Shown here: positions 9,472-19,684 of the stretch, piece after piece | Position numbering within the stretch: position 1 is the first letter of the stretch | Layout: each line of letters begins with the position of its first letter | Source: a virus | Lineage: Duplodnaviria; Caudoviricetes | Reading direction: 5' to 3' (one strand) | Virus record (IMG/VR): IMGVR_UViG_3300008448_012183 | Span: 115-64,114 of that record | DNA length: 64,000 nucleotides | Position numbers and translations under genes: made by a program | Notes under the pieces: generated by a model | What the model was told of the DNA's origin: nothing | Databases searched by the model: none | The model's input: the letters and a program-made list of their open reading frames with translations, nothing else

Positions 9472-9779
9472 TTTATTTTTTATTATCTTTATTTTTGATT
9501 CTTTCTTTAGTTATTAATGGTGTTCTTGTTTGGTACACAAGAAATGTAGTAAGACAATTAAATTATGCAATAGACAATTTTGATGATTTTCAAAAATTCT
9601 TAGATGAATATTGTGAAACTTTTGAAGAAGTTTATAAATTAACTGATTTTTATGGTGATGAAACAATAAAACAATTAATCAATAATACTAAAAAAGTTAG
9701 TGAAGCTTCTAAGAACTTTAAAAAATCTGTTTTAGGACAGGAAATAGAAAATGAAACAGATACCAAGCAAGCAGAATAA
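9468..9779 (+). CDS. Hypothetical membrane-anchored protein
   Basis: N-terminal hydrophobic helix (IYFLLSLFLILSLVINGVLVWY) followed by a helical soluble region. Confidence 0.7.
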   Translation: MIYFLLSLFLILSLVINGVLVWYTRNVVRQLNYAIDNFDDFQKFLDEYCETFEEVYKLTDFYGDETIKQLINNTKKVSEASKNFKKSVLGQEIENETDTKQAE

Positions 9780-10449
9780 TCAATACTTCACAAAAGAACA
9801 CGAAAAAGCTATTTTAGAATATGCCTCCATCATAGATGAAAGGCGTAGAACTTTTTTATATGAAACATATATCCAGCCAGCCTTTAATGAGATGGTTGAT
9901 AAAATAGTTTTTACTTATAAATTCAACAATTTACCTAACATAGATGATCTCAAAAGCGATTGTAAAGTATGGTTAACAACGATTCTCGACAAATTTGATA
10001 CATCGAAAGGTTCAAAAGCGTTTTCTTATTTTAGTGTTATTACCAAAAATTGGTTTATTCATAAAGTTAAAAAAAATAACAACAAAAAAGAAGTATACAT
10101 AGAGGAAATACAAAATACAGCAGATGAAGAGCAATTAGTAGTAAATCATGACTATGATGAAAAAAGAGAATTAGAAGAGTTCTGGCAAGCCTTAAAAGAA
10201 GAAATGCTCATTTGGGAATCTAAAAAGATGAAACCAAATGAGCATAAAGTTTTTATGGCTATTAAAATTTTGATTAATGATAGTAATGCAATAGAAATTT
10301 TTAACAAGAAAGCTATTTATCTTTACATAAGAGAAATAACCGGCTTAAACACAAAACAAGTAGTAAGTAACCTAAAAAAATTTAAAATTAAATATGTTGA
10401 ATTTAAGATTAAATGGGATGCCGGTGAAATAACTCATATAGGTAAATAA
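9751..10449 (+). CDS. Phage late-transcription sigma factor (T4 gp55-like)
   Basis: N-terminal QYFT, sigma region-2-like DDLKSDC...LDKFDTSKGSKAFSYFSVITKNWFI; T4-like context. Confidence 0.7.
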   Translation: MKQIPSKQNNQYFTKEHEKAILEYASIIDERRRTFLYETYIQPAFNEMVDKIVFTYKFNNLPNIDDLKSDCKVWLTTILDKFDTSKGSKAFSYFSVITKNWFIHKVKKNNNKKEVYIEEIQNTADEEQLVVNHDYDEKRELEEFWQALKEEMLIWESKKMKPNEHKVFMAIKILINDSNAIEIFNKKAIYLYIREITGLNTKQVVSNLKKFKIKYVEFKIKWDAGEITHIGK

Positions 10450-10450
10450 A

Positions 10451-10750
10451 ATGTCAAATTCAAAATTTACATTAGATCAATACATAGAGAAGGCAAGTGA
10501 AAACATAAATGCCGATAGAGCTATGGCTAATAAACTTTTGGTAGAGCTTATGCAGGAAATGAGCAAATCTAATGATAAATATATTCACAAAGAGTTTGGT
10601 GATATAGCATCTAGTTATTTAGAGACACTACAGCGCAGCAATGAGCAACTTGTCAAAATTGCTTCAATTATCCAAAGAAGGGAGAGTGTTGAAGGCGGTC
10701 TTGGCGAAACTGAAAAAGATCAAATTTTTGATGCCATAAAGGGAGAATAA
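10451..10750 (+). CDS. Hypothetical helical protein (possible terminase small subunit)
   Basis: 99-aa two-helix protein; pattern loosely resembles the T4 gp16 oligomerisation domain (YLETLQRSNEQLVKIA). Confidence 0.35.
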   Translation: MSNSKFTLDQYIEKASENINADRAMANKLLVELMQEMSKSNDKYIHKEFGDIASSYLETLQRSNEQLVKIASIIQRRESVEGGLGETEKDQIFDAIKGE

Positions 10751-10751
10751 T

Positions 10752-12509
10752 ATGGCTAAACAAAAGCAAAAAATAAATTTAAAAAAACAAGTTGCCAAAC
10801 TAGACCATTCTCCATTAATGGTAGATTCACCTAAGATTATCTCAGGGGAATTTGAGTCAAATCCTTTTAAAACATATGCAGGGTTACTTGAAGATTATTA
10901 TTCTTATAAACAATATAGCGCAAATCAAGAATTTTTAGCTGTTGTATTGCAAGAAATAATAGTAGCCGATGCTTATCAAAACCTACCAGAATATATACAG
11001 GCTAATTTTGAAAGCACGGTACAGCAAAAAATATTTAGAATTGTCATACCGCCTTTAGACTCTCATTTGCCAATTTTTGATACTGATTCGTTGTCTACTT
11101 CTTTAAAGTTATTTTTAAATGATATAAGTAGATATGCAATATGCGAGGACAAGAAACAAGATTCTACTATTAAAGTGGGTTCTATTGTACGCATATCAGA
11201 CGCTATCGTAGCTGCTAGACTAAGAAAACCTTGCATTATAAGAAGTGTTTTACCGTTAGAAAGCATAGATGTCGAAGAAGCTAAAAAGAAACTTTTAGAT
11301 GCTTATGAAAAATGTATTCCAAAATTAGCTTTAAGGCCACCACCTGAAAAAGTTAAAACAGAACCTGCTAAAACTACAGCAATAAAACCAGTTTTTTCAA
11401 AAGAATCTGAGATCCGTTCAAAAGTTGATCAACCAGAAAATTCGCCAGCAATCAACAGAAACGTTGAAAAAACTAAAGAATCACCTGCTCCTGTTGATGC
11501 AGAAAAGCAAAAAACAGAAACTATAAAAGAAACTATGCCATCTGCTGATGACCTTAAAGCAGCATGTGATTTAGGACCAACACAATCACCGCAAAAAACA
11601 GATAAAACTGTTGATGAAAAGATTAACGAAAATTGTTTTGTTAGAAATGGTAAAACTCTACCAATTACACAAGAAATAAAAGATTTAGGAAAAGCTGGAT
11701 TTTTTAATTCTCTATCCGCAAAAACAGGAAAAAAAGTATTAACTGCCTCTAAAACACTTGATTCAATAGGACCAGTTTACGAATACCCAGAAGATTTAAG
11801 AGATCCTAGAATGATTGTTATAAAGACAGTACAATATACATTCGCAAATGATTATTTTGAAAAAATTCAAAGTGATAAATTGGCGGCTGCTCATTTCTGT
11901 ATAGATCTTAATGGAGATATATATCAGTTTACTGATACAAAAAATTTAGTAAAAAGTTATAATCCTATAATAGATGAAAAAGCTATTTATATAGCTGTCG
12001 TAAATATCCCATTTAGAAATAGCGTTTCGACACTAAACAAAAAACAATTTAGAGTTTTATCAAACTCTCCATTTTCTTTTAATAATATCGGCAGACAAGC
12101 AGAACTAGCAGCAAGCGTATTGTCGGATAAGACATTCTTAAAAAGATTTTATAGCCGAAAAGGTGCCGAAAAAGAAGATATAGCCGATAAACAAAGTATA
12201 ATTGATGGAAGCAGGAGTGGAAGAACCATAGACACATTTAAGTTAGATGACGGAAGAGACACTTTCCCAGACTATAGGCTTGATTACACGGAATTACAAA
12301 AAAAGTCTATAGTAAAATTAACAAGAGCGTTATGTGTTTCTTATGGTATACCTTTAGATTTTAATTCTTTTCCAAAAACCTATGGATTTGATCCAGAAGT
12401 TGCAGCAGGAGATTTTATTGGAATTGTTTGTCCATTTCATTTTTCTTTAACAGAAATGGAACCATTAAATTTTTATGATTTTTCTTTTAGAATAATTGAT
12501 AATATATAA
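10752..12509 (+). CDS. Baseplate hub/gp5-like protein with degenerate Amidase_2 domain
   Basis: OB-fold-like N-terminus (FRIVIPPLDSHLP...IKVGSIVRI), Pro/Lys/Glu linker, amidase fold remnants AHFCIDLNGDIYQF and YTELQKKSIVKL.RALC..YGIP. Confidence 0.55.
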   Translation: MAKQKQKINLKKQVAKLDHSPLMVDSPKIISGEFESNPFKTYAGLLEDYYSYKQYSANQEFLAVVLQEIIVADAYQNLPEYIQANFESTVQQKIFRIVIPPLDSHLPIFDTDSLSTSLKLFLNDISRYAICEDKKQDSTIKVGSIVRISDAIVAARLRKPCIIRSVLPLESIDVEEAKKKLLDAYEKCIPKLALRPPPEKVKTEPAKTTAIKPVFSKESEIRSKVDQPENSPAINRNVEKTKESPAPVDAEKQKTETIKETMPSADDLKAACDLGPTQSPQKTDKTVDEKINENCFVRNGKTLPITQEIKDLGKAGFFNSLSAKTGKKVLTASKTLDSIGPVYEYPEDLRDPRMIVIKTVQYTFANDYFEKIQSDKLAAAHFCIDLNGDIYQFTDTKNLVKSYNPIIDEKAIYIAVVNIPFRNSVSTLNKKQFRVLSNSPFSFNNIGRQAELAASVLSDKTFLKRFYSRKGAEKEDIADKQSIIDGSRSGRTIDTFKLDDGRDTFPDYRLDYTELQKKSIVKLTRALCVSYGIPLDFNSFPKTYGFDPEVAAGDFIGIVCPFHFSLTEMEPLNFYDFSFRIIDNI

Positions 12510-12519
12510 AAGGGAAAAA

Positions 12520-13479
12520 ATGACCAAAGACGAAGCATATAAAAAAGGATATACAGAAAAGCAATTGGAGCAGTTGGATCAAGGGCCAATTGACGAAGAT
12601 TTTCCTTTTCTTTCTCGTAGATTAACCGGGGATTCTGAAGAAAAGATAAATCAAAACGAACAACATAATGCATGGATTATAATCGGTAGAGATCGTCCAG
12701 CTGGTTTAAGTAGTGGTTATGGTCAATATCCAATTGATACAACTAATAGGTTAATCGACGGCAGAAAGGCGAGCACAATTGATATTGGGGTTGGTAGATA
12801 TTCTTGTGACCCAACCATATATACAAAAAAAGAGGTTGTAGGCAATAATATGCAGCTAGACGCTGCTAGAATCTACATCTCTCAAAAGACTGACATAGAT
12901 TCTAATTTTGAAATAAAGCAAGCTGGTACTTTGGCAGAATCGATAGCACAATCGGCAATAGCTCTTAAAGCTGATGTTTTAAGATTGATATCTAGAGAAA
13001 GTATTAAATTAGTTGCAAATCTTGGAGATCCGTATAATTCAGCCGGTGAACGCAATCGTGGTATAGACCAAATATACGGCATACAATTAATAACCGGTAC
13101 TGGGGATAATGCTGTCGGTGACAATGTACAGCCTATAACAAAAACAGGCAATTTAGTGGAATTTTTAAAAGAATTAATTTCTCAATTAAACACTTTTATT
13201 GGTTTGTTTGCAACTTTTGTGCAAGTACAAGACAGATTTAATACTGCAATTAGAGATCATAAGCATACTGGTATAGTTAAAAGTGGCCCTAATGGATCTT
13301 TGGAGGTAGATCAATCGTTTGATTTATTAGCGGCGCATATACCTTATTCTATTCAAAAGCCACAAATAGATACAGGTGCTAAAAATTCAAAAATAAATAT
13401 TGGATCTGATTTAGTAAGTAGATTTTTGGAAGTAAATGCAGATAAATACATAGGAAGTAAATATAACAAGACTAATTAA
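12520..13479 (+). CDS. Baseplate central spike, C-terminal beta-helix part (gp5C/gpV-like)
   Basis: ATG at 12520 with AGGGA RBS preferred over TTG 12496. Beta-strand repeats (AARIYISQ, AIALKADVLRLISRESIKLV) and an HxH motif (DHKHTG, 13258-13266). Confidence 0.55.
   Translation: MTKDEAYKKGYTEKQLEQLDQGPIDEDFPFLSRRLTGDSEEKINQNEQHNAWIIIGRDRPAGLSSGYGQYPIDTTNRLIDGRKASTIDIGVGRYSCDPTIYTKKEVVGNNMQLDAARIYISQKTDIDSNFEIKQAGTLAESIAQSAIALKADVLRLISRESIKLVANLGDPYNSAGERNRGIDQIYGIQLITGTGDNAVGDNVQPITKTGNLVEFLKELISQLNTFIGLFATFVQVQDRFNTAIRDHKHTGIVKSGPNGSLEVDQSFDLLAAHIPYSIQKPQIDTGAKNSKINIGSDLVSRFLEVNADKYIGSKYNKTN
13471..13479 (+). promoter_or_regulatory. Candidate late-promoter motif ACTAATTAA
   Basis: Same motif family as at 19248, 41800, 53217 and 61704; lies 3 nt before the ATG at 13483. 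Confidence 0.35.
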
Positions 13480-13482
13480 ACC

Positions 13483-16400
13483 ATGACATATCCAAATACA
13501 TCATTATTATCATCTTTTGGTATCTTACAATATAAAAGTATACCTCCAAGAACGCATTATATTCAGGGTCGGCGTCAGCTTATAAATATACCATCTACTA
13601 CTCCTAACCAATATGAATTTCTTGAAAACAGAATTAACTTAAAAGATGGCGTCGATCAGCTTTGCGAAGACCCAATCTTTAAAACAAAATTTAGTCCTAT
13701 TATATTGAGAGTTTTAGAATATAATATCGGCAAAGACCAAAAATATGCTAGAGTTATGATAGCAACAGATATACAAGATAATGATATATCAACAAAAAAC
13801 TTTCTTTTATATTTAAAAACAGAAAAATCAAGACAGAATTCAAAAATTTATACAAATCCATCATATGTTTCTGGTACGGACGATAACGGAATTGGTCATT
13901 TATATGTTGAGCAAAAATATCTTACTTTAGTAGATCCGTCAATAAAAGATTTTAACTCAGATAGATATGAAGCATCTTATGAAGCATCTAGCGAAAAAGA
14001 TATAGAATACCAAGAATCTTTAAAAAGATTTGTAGATACTCAGAAATATAATCAAATTTCTGGATTAGGACCAACAAATTGGAAAGAAAATTTTAAATTT
14101 TTTAAAAATGATAAACCAATAGAATGGGAATTAAAAAGATCGGATTCATATACGCAAGATGGTGAAGTATTTTTTGATAGAAGATTAGCTTCTTATTGCG
14201 TTTCAGTTTTAGTGGATGAATCAAGATATGATTTTAATATTTTTAATGATGCTAAATACGAACAGATTAAAAGAAAAGGCTTTAATAGAATCGCTGAGTA
14301 TCTTAATTTAGGAACTTTAAAGAATGAAGCTGCGTATGAACTTGATACTGGCGGTGCATTTACAAAAATTGATCTTATATTAAATAAAAATTATTATGAA
14401 ATTGTAAAAATAATAGATGTTTATACAATCTCTAGAGAAGATGCAAAATTTAAATTTTTAGTATCCGTTCCTCATAGATATATAGCAAAATACATAAATC
14501 AAAACGTATCACCAGTTCAGGCAGCTACAGTAAAAATAGCCGAATATGCGCTTAATGCGGTAGACTCTAATAGGATAGATCTTCAAAAAGATTTAAACAA
14601 TTATTTAAATAGCTTATCGCCAGAAGAACGTGAAAAAATAAATAAATATTTAAACTTCAATGTTCAGACAGAATTGGTTGATAAAGGATTAAGTTATATA
14701 AGACAAAAGTTTATAGAAAAAACCGGTAATTCTACAATACTTGCGAATGGATATGATACTTTTATTAAGTCTTTAGTAGGAAGCTCATATCGTGCAGATA
14801 TCCCAATCGATGCAAAAGATCCGTATTTATTTTTTAACTTAAGCCCAGATAAAATAGATTCAACCAGAGAAGTAGTTAAAAAATACTCAAAAAGAGTTGG
14901 CAAGCTGGATTCTTTAAACCAAGAATATTTAAAAAAACATAGAATAGAGCCTGCACTTTCATTGCCAAATATTTCTGCCGGTATGCAAAGATTGTTTGAT
15001 AAATTAGTATTATTTGCTACGGAAAAAGTTAGTTTTAAATTAAGTGTTTCTTCTCAAGAAGCAGAATCATTATTAAGGGGTATCGCAATATATTTTGAGG
15101 GTGATCCAAACACATTTGGTAATTTTCTTTTACAAGACATAGAAGAATTTTTTGTTGTGATAGGAATTGATATTATTTATGGTGATAATGAATACATAAA
15201 AATAGGCTCAACAAAAAAACAAGAATTTGATAGCATTTCTGAATTATCAGATAAAACTGTTTTATTTTTATATTATCTTTATGTAGAAGCTGCAAAATAT
15301 TTAGAAGATAATTTATATATCACAGATTATAAATTAAGAGCTTATGAAAAAGAAAGCTATCAAGGCTTTATAACAAAATATATATTTCCGCCTTTAAATA
15401 TAACTAATTCACCATCTAAAGATGATGATTTTCTTAGTGGCAATTTAGAATGCGCTGAAAATATTGGTAAAAATCTTTCTGGTCAATTAGCGCGTCAAAC
15501 AAAAAATTTACGTTCCTCGACATATAATAGCGCAAAAAATTTAGCTCGCTCAAAAGATGTAGCAGTAGATCGTTTTTCTAAAATGCTCTATGATCCTAGA
15601 TGGAATCTAAGAGATGAACTTGATCAATTTCTTTTACAAGTTTTAACAAATATAGATCTTAATAGTTTGGTTGTCATAATAACAGACTGTTTAAAGAAAA
15701 AAGATGTTCCATTACAAGAAATAGAAAAATTAATTCGACTTTTGTTAGCGATACACAATAGAAAAACGCCTATATTGTGCATGCTGCCTCCGATTAATTT
15801 ACCACAAATACCATCATTAAATATCAGCTTAAGGCTTCCTGTATTAGATATAGTAGGAGCGGTCGAACAAACAGTACTTAAAATAATACAGGACACGGTT
15901 AATAAAGTTATTTCTGATTTATTAAAATCACTTTTAGACAATTTAATTGATTGTGAAGGAGCTTTTGAAGCCACAAACGATACGACAGAAGCTTTATCTT
16001 CTTTATTGGATAAGCTGAAATCTTCAAATGACGCTGAAGAAACAGGAGGTTCAGATGGGGATTCTGGCTCTGAATCTGACATAGGTAGCGGCTCACAAGC
16101 TTTGCAACAAGCAGGCGACGGGACAGATAGTGATAGAAATAAATCTGGAAATTTAGCATTTTCTAGCGGTTCTTCAAAAAAAGTATCTAATAGAAAAGCA
16201 AAACCACCTTTTAATACAAAAATATTAGATGTAATTTTACCTTATTTTTATAATGTAGCTGAAAATGATAAAAAACAATTATTAGTAGAGTTTAAAACTC
16301 TTATTGACACCATATCAAAAAATACAACTTCAGCAGAATTTTTAAATTTACTAAGCGGCAGACCATCGAAAGAAGTTACAATATTTATTATTGATACTAT

Positions 16401-19239
16401 TTTATCTGGTTCACAGACCAAATACAAAATTATTGATAAATCAAAAATTTTAGATAACAGAGAAGGAGTTACAGAGGTATTTACTGCTTTTAGCGGCTTA
16501 ATTGATCAAGATATTTTACTTACATTGAGACAAGCCACGATTAAAGTTAATACTGATGTAAATGCTTTATGTAAAGACTTAGAAAATACTTTAGCGTCTA
16601 ATGCTTTTGATCCATACAAAGAACAAGATCAAATAGGCGCTACGCTTTCTGCTTTAAATAAAGATGATATTGAAGTTAAAATTTATAAATCTAAAAATTA
16701 CTTAGATGAACAAATAAAAGAATCAAAAAAGAAAAAATTAGCTAAAGATTTACAATTAGTTAAAGATTTAGAAAATTTACTTTCTGGTAGATCACTAGAT
16801 GGCGTTTTACCATCATTAAAACCACAATTAAATCCAGACGGATCTATGACAGCAGGTTTGCTACCATCAGAACCTTTAACTTTTGAAATGAAGTCTGCTC
16901 AAAGATCAGTTGACTCTTTCTTTCAATCAATACGAGATAAATTTAATGAAGAAGTCACTTCTGCAAAATATACAGCTTTGACAACAAGAGCGGTTAAAAA
17001 ACAGTGGTCGCACCAAAAAGCACTAAAAATGTTCCCAGAATATGAAGATTTAAAGCCCGCTAAACAAATCGCTAAAAGAACATATTATACAAATGAGCTA
17101 GTTGTCAACCCAGATTTGAAAAAAGTGCTACAAGAAAATGTAACTTTTGGAGCAAATAAATTTGAGGCAAAATTAATAATTCCGAAACCTCAAGTTAATA
17201 TGGATGACATACAGAATGATAGTGAAATACCTAGCGATTTAAAACAAAAAATTAAATCTGCTATGGATCAAGCTGATTTAGCGATAGCAAAAGTAAATAA
17301 TTATGTAAATTTATCTATATCAAAAACGGCAAACCCATCAGAGATTAAATATGATTTTGATGTAAAACATATTACATTAGGAGATATGAAATTTTCTGTA
17401 ACTGAATCAGTTGTGGTAACTGCTGTAAGTGAATCTAAAGTTAATGATTTTTCCAATATTGTTTTCCCACAAGTGGAAAGAGAAGAAGAAAAATTAAAAA
17501 TATTTTCAAAAATTTTGTTTGCAAATAACATAAAAATCAATTTAGACCGAAGAAACGGACAAACAAAAAAGGCAATTAACTATCAAGGTACAGCGGATTT
17601 ATATAAAGAAATATTTAGCTCTGTTTTAAAAGCAAGTAACGGCGAATACACTAAAGATGTCTTTGATTCTCCTCTTATGAATCTATCATCTTCTGATGAC
17701 ATCCCAGCTGATCTTAAAGCAAGCTTCCCATCGTTTGGTAAGCCAAATATTCTATCTTTAAAACTGGAATCAAAGCAAAGTAAAAAATGCCTAGATAAAG
17801 GCTTTCCAGATACACATTTATTAAGAACTGATGATTTAAAAAAACAAGTTATGACTTATTATCAAAAATTTTCAGCTTTTGATAAAGATAAGCCAACTGA
17901 TGGTAAACAAACAGAAGTTCTTGGTGCTATGGAAAAAGCAAAACTATACGCAAGTATAGATTTATTTTTTAGAGTTTTTGTAGCTGAATATTATTTAAGA
18001 GGAATTTATGTATTTGGCAAGCAAAAGGTTAAAGACGCTAAAAAAGAAATTATAGTACCATTTCTTTATAATGCCTTTTTAAAAGAAAAAAAATTAAATA
18101 GATTAAAAAAAATAACTAAAGATTATAAATATTTATTTGCTTATTATAAAGATGCAACAAATAAAGAAACAACAAATACAGAAGAAGTATTTAAGTATTT
18201 AATAGAAAAAAATATTGAACCAATCGCTATTAGTTTAGATAAAAAAATAAAAGCAGCTAAATTTGCTACCGTTGATAAAGATATCGATACTAATAAAGGA
18301 TTATTAGATAAATTAATTTCTAATTTACCATTTATAGTAGTAGACGATACTACAAAAAATATAACTTTTAATACAACATACTATATAAACAAATTCTTAA
18401 AAGACACTTCTGCGCCCTCTGATGTTGAATTAAGAGAAGGGCAGACAAAATTTGTTATCGCTAAAAAACCACTACAAAAAAAGAATGAATATTATTTATG
18501 CGCTATAACTAAAAAAACCATCTTACAAATAAACGCTATAAATGGTAGTTTAGATCCATTTGAGGCATTTTTATATAAAACGCCTGCACAAGATTCTATA
18601 TTATTGACCGTTATTACAAAAATTAAACTAAATGATGATTACACGCTTGACAAAACAGATAAAATAAATCAAACGGTTGAAGCTAATTTCAACAAATTAG
18701 TAGACACGAAACAAACACTTTCTTACTTAATGTTACTTTCTATGTGTCAAGTATCGCTTGTAAGAGATGTAGAAAAAATATTTAATATAACAAAAATATT
18801 AATATTAACAACGATAGAGTATATTATAAATAACGATTTTTATTATGTCTCAGAGTATGCTGAAGAAGATTCTTCTGCATTCTCTTTTTCTGTATTCATT
18901 AGAGCTGCGTTAAGTATACCAAAGGTTATTGTTAAAGGTCTTGCTGAAGCAATAGACCCAAATATCGGTATATCATCAAAAATATCTCTAGCAATTAGAA
19001 TAATTAAAGAATTATTAGGCTCAATACCGCAACAAGACGTTCAAGACGCTGTAAAGAAAATACCGGACATCCCAGTTCCTATCATATCTCTACCTTTAGG
19101 CTTTACCTTCCCATTTTTCTTTACTCCTCTAACAATTATTTACTTAATTTTATTTGGATTTGATTTTGGGTCTGATGACGACGAAAGAAATAAAGAATCT
19201 AAAGCGGCTGATGGTCAAGAACAATGTGAGGAAGAATAA
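13483..19239 (+). CDS. Large virion-associated hypothetical protein (1918 aa)
   Basis: Long uninterrupted ORF between spike and gp25; mostly helical, with a central Gly/Ser/Asp linker and a hydrophobic C-terminus. Confidence 0.75.
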   Translation: MTYPNTSLLSSFGILQYKSIPPRTHYIQGRRQLINIPSTTPNQYEFLENRINLKDGVDQLCEDPIFKTKFSPIILRVLEYNIGKDQKYARVMIATDIQDNDISTKNFLLYLKTEKSRQNSKIYTNPSYVSGTDDNGIGHLYVEQKYLTLVDPSIKDFNSDRYEASYEASSEKDIEYQESLKRFVDTQKYNQISGLGPTNWKENFKFFKNDKPIEWELKRSDSYTQDGEVFFDRRLASYCVSVLVDESRYDFNIFNDAKYEQIKRKGFNRIAEYLNLGTLKNEAAYELDTGGAFTKIDLILNKNYYEIVKIIDVYTISREDAKFKFLVSVPHRYIAKYINQNVSPVQAATVKIAEYALNAVDSNRIDLQKDLNNYLNSLSPEEREKINKYLNFNVQTELVDKGLSYIRQKFIEKTGNSTILANGYDTFIKSLVGSSYRADIPIDAKDPYLFFNLSPDKIDSTREVVKKYSKRVGKLDSLNQEYLKKHRIEPALSLPNISAGMQRLFDKLVLFATEKVSFKLSVSSQEAESLLRGIAIYFEGDPNTFGNFLLQDIEEFFVVIGIDIIYGDNEYIKIGSTKKQEFDSISELSDKTVLFLYYLYVEAAKYLEDNLYITDYKLRAYEKESYQGFITKYIFPPLNITNSPSKDDDFLSGNLECAENIGKNLSGQLARQTKNLRSSTYNSAKNLARSKDVAVDRFSKMLYDPRWNLRDELDQFLLQVLTNIDLNSLVVIITDCLKKKDVPLQEIEKLIRLLLAIHNRKTPILCMLPPINLPQIPSLNISLRLPVLDIVGAVEQTVLKIIQDTVNKVISDLLKSLLDNLIDCEGAFEATNDTTEALSSLLDKLKSSNDAEETGGSDGDSGSESDIGSGSQALQQAGDGTDSDRNKSGNLAFSSGSSKKVSNRKAKPPFNTKILDVILPYFYNVAENDKKQLLVEFKTLIDTISKNTTSAEFLNLLSGRPSKEVTIFIIDTILSGSQTKYKIIDKSKILDNREGVTEVFTAFSGLIDQDILLTLRQATIKVNTDVNALCKDLENTLASNAFDPYKEQDQIGATLSALNKDDIEVKIYKSKNYLDEQIKESKKKKLAKDLQLVKDLENLLSGRSLDGVLPSLKPQLNPDGSMTAGLLPSEPLTFEMKSAQRSVDSFFQSIRDKFNEEVTSAKYTALTTRAVKKQWSHQKALKMFPEYEDLKPAKQIAKRTYYTNELVVNPDLKKVLQENVTFGANKFEAKLIIPKPQVNMDDIQNDSEIPSDLKQKIKSAMDQADLAIAKVNNYVNLSISKTANPSEIKYDFDVKHITLGDMKFSVTESVVVTAVSESKVNDFSNIVFPQVEREEEKLKIFSKILFANNIKINLDRRNGQTKKAINYQGTADLYKEIFSSVLKASNGEYTKDVFDSPLMNLSSSDDIPADLKASFPSFGKPNILSLKLESKQSKKCLDKGFPDTHLLRTDDLKKQVMTYYQKFSAFDKDKPTDGKQTEVLGAMEKAKLYASIDLFFRVFVAEYYLRGIYVFGKQKVKDAKKEIIVPFLYNAFLKEKKLNRLKKITKDYKYLFAYYKDATNKETTNTEEVFKYLIEKNIEPIAISLDKKIKAAKFATVDKDIDTNKGLLDKLISNLPFIVVDDTTKNITFNTTYYINKFLKDTSAPSDVELREGQTKFVIAKKPLQKKNEYYLCAITKKTILQINAINGSLDPFEAFLYKTPAQDSILLTVITKIKLNDDYTLDKTDKINQTVEANFNKLVDTKQTLSYLMLLSMCQVSLVRDVEKIFNITKILILTTIEYIINNDFYYVSEYAEEDSSAFSFSVFIRAALSIPKVIVKGLAEAIDPNIGISSKISLAIRIIKELLGSIPQQDVQDAVKKIPDIPVPIISLPLGFTFPFFFTPLTIIYLILFGFDFGSDDDERNKESKAADGQEQCEEE

Positions 19240-19247
19240 TTTTTTAG

Positions 19248-19256
19248 ACTATTTAT
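19248..19256 (+). promoter_or_regulatory. Candidate late-promoter motif ACTATTTAT
   Basis: Intergenic, about 20 nt upstream of gp25, followed by a GAGG RBS. Confidence 0.55.
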
Positions 19257-19275
19257 TTAAACTGAGGTTTAAAAA

Positions 19276-19674
19276 ATGAGTTATCAAATAAAACTTCCTT
19301 TAGTAAAGTCTTCCGAACAGGGCATGGAACACATAAACAATCCAATTAGCTCAGTCGTACAAGATTTTAAAAATTTGCTGCTTACTACACCTTTTGAAAA
19401 AATTAGTGATCCTAATTTTGGAGTTGGTTTACCGCAATATCTATTTGAATATCCAACAGAAGATAAGAAAAATCAGATAAGACAAAATATAATTGAAAAA
19501 ACATCAATTTATATTCCATTTTTAAAAATAAATAATATTTCTTTTAGCACTTATGAAGAAAAATTATTGCTTTCTATAGATTTTTATGTTGGTAGTGAAA
19601 ATAATCAAAATCAAATTAAGTTAAGTTTCGATGTTGATCCCCTACAAACAAATTCAGATCCAGTATCAGATTAA
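19276..19674 (+). CDS. gp25: Baseplate wedge subunit, GPW/gp25 family
   Basis: QDFKNLLLTTPFEKISDPNFGVGL.QYLFE, I.....YIPFLKI. Confidence 0.9.
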   Translation: MSYQIKLPLVKSSEQGMEHINNPISSVVQDFKNLLLTTPFEKISDPNFGVGLPQYLFEYPTEDKKNQIRQNIIEKTSIYIPFLKINNISFSTYEEKLLLSIDFYVGSENNQNQIKLSFDVDPLQTNSDPVSD

Positions 19675-19684
19675 ATGAGGAATT

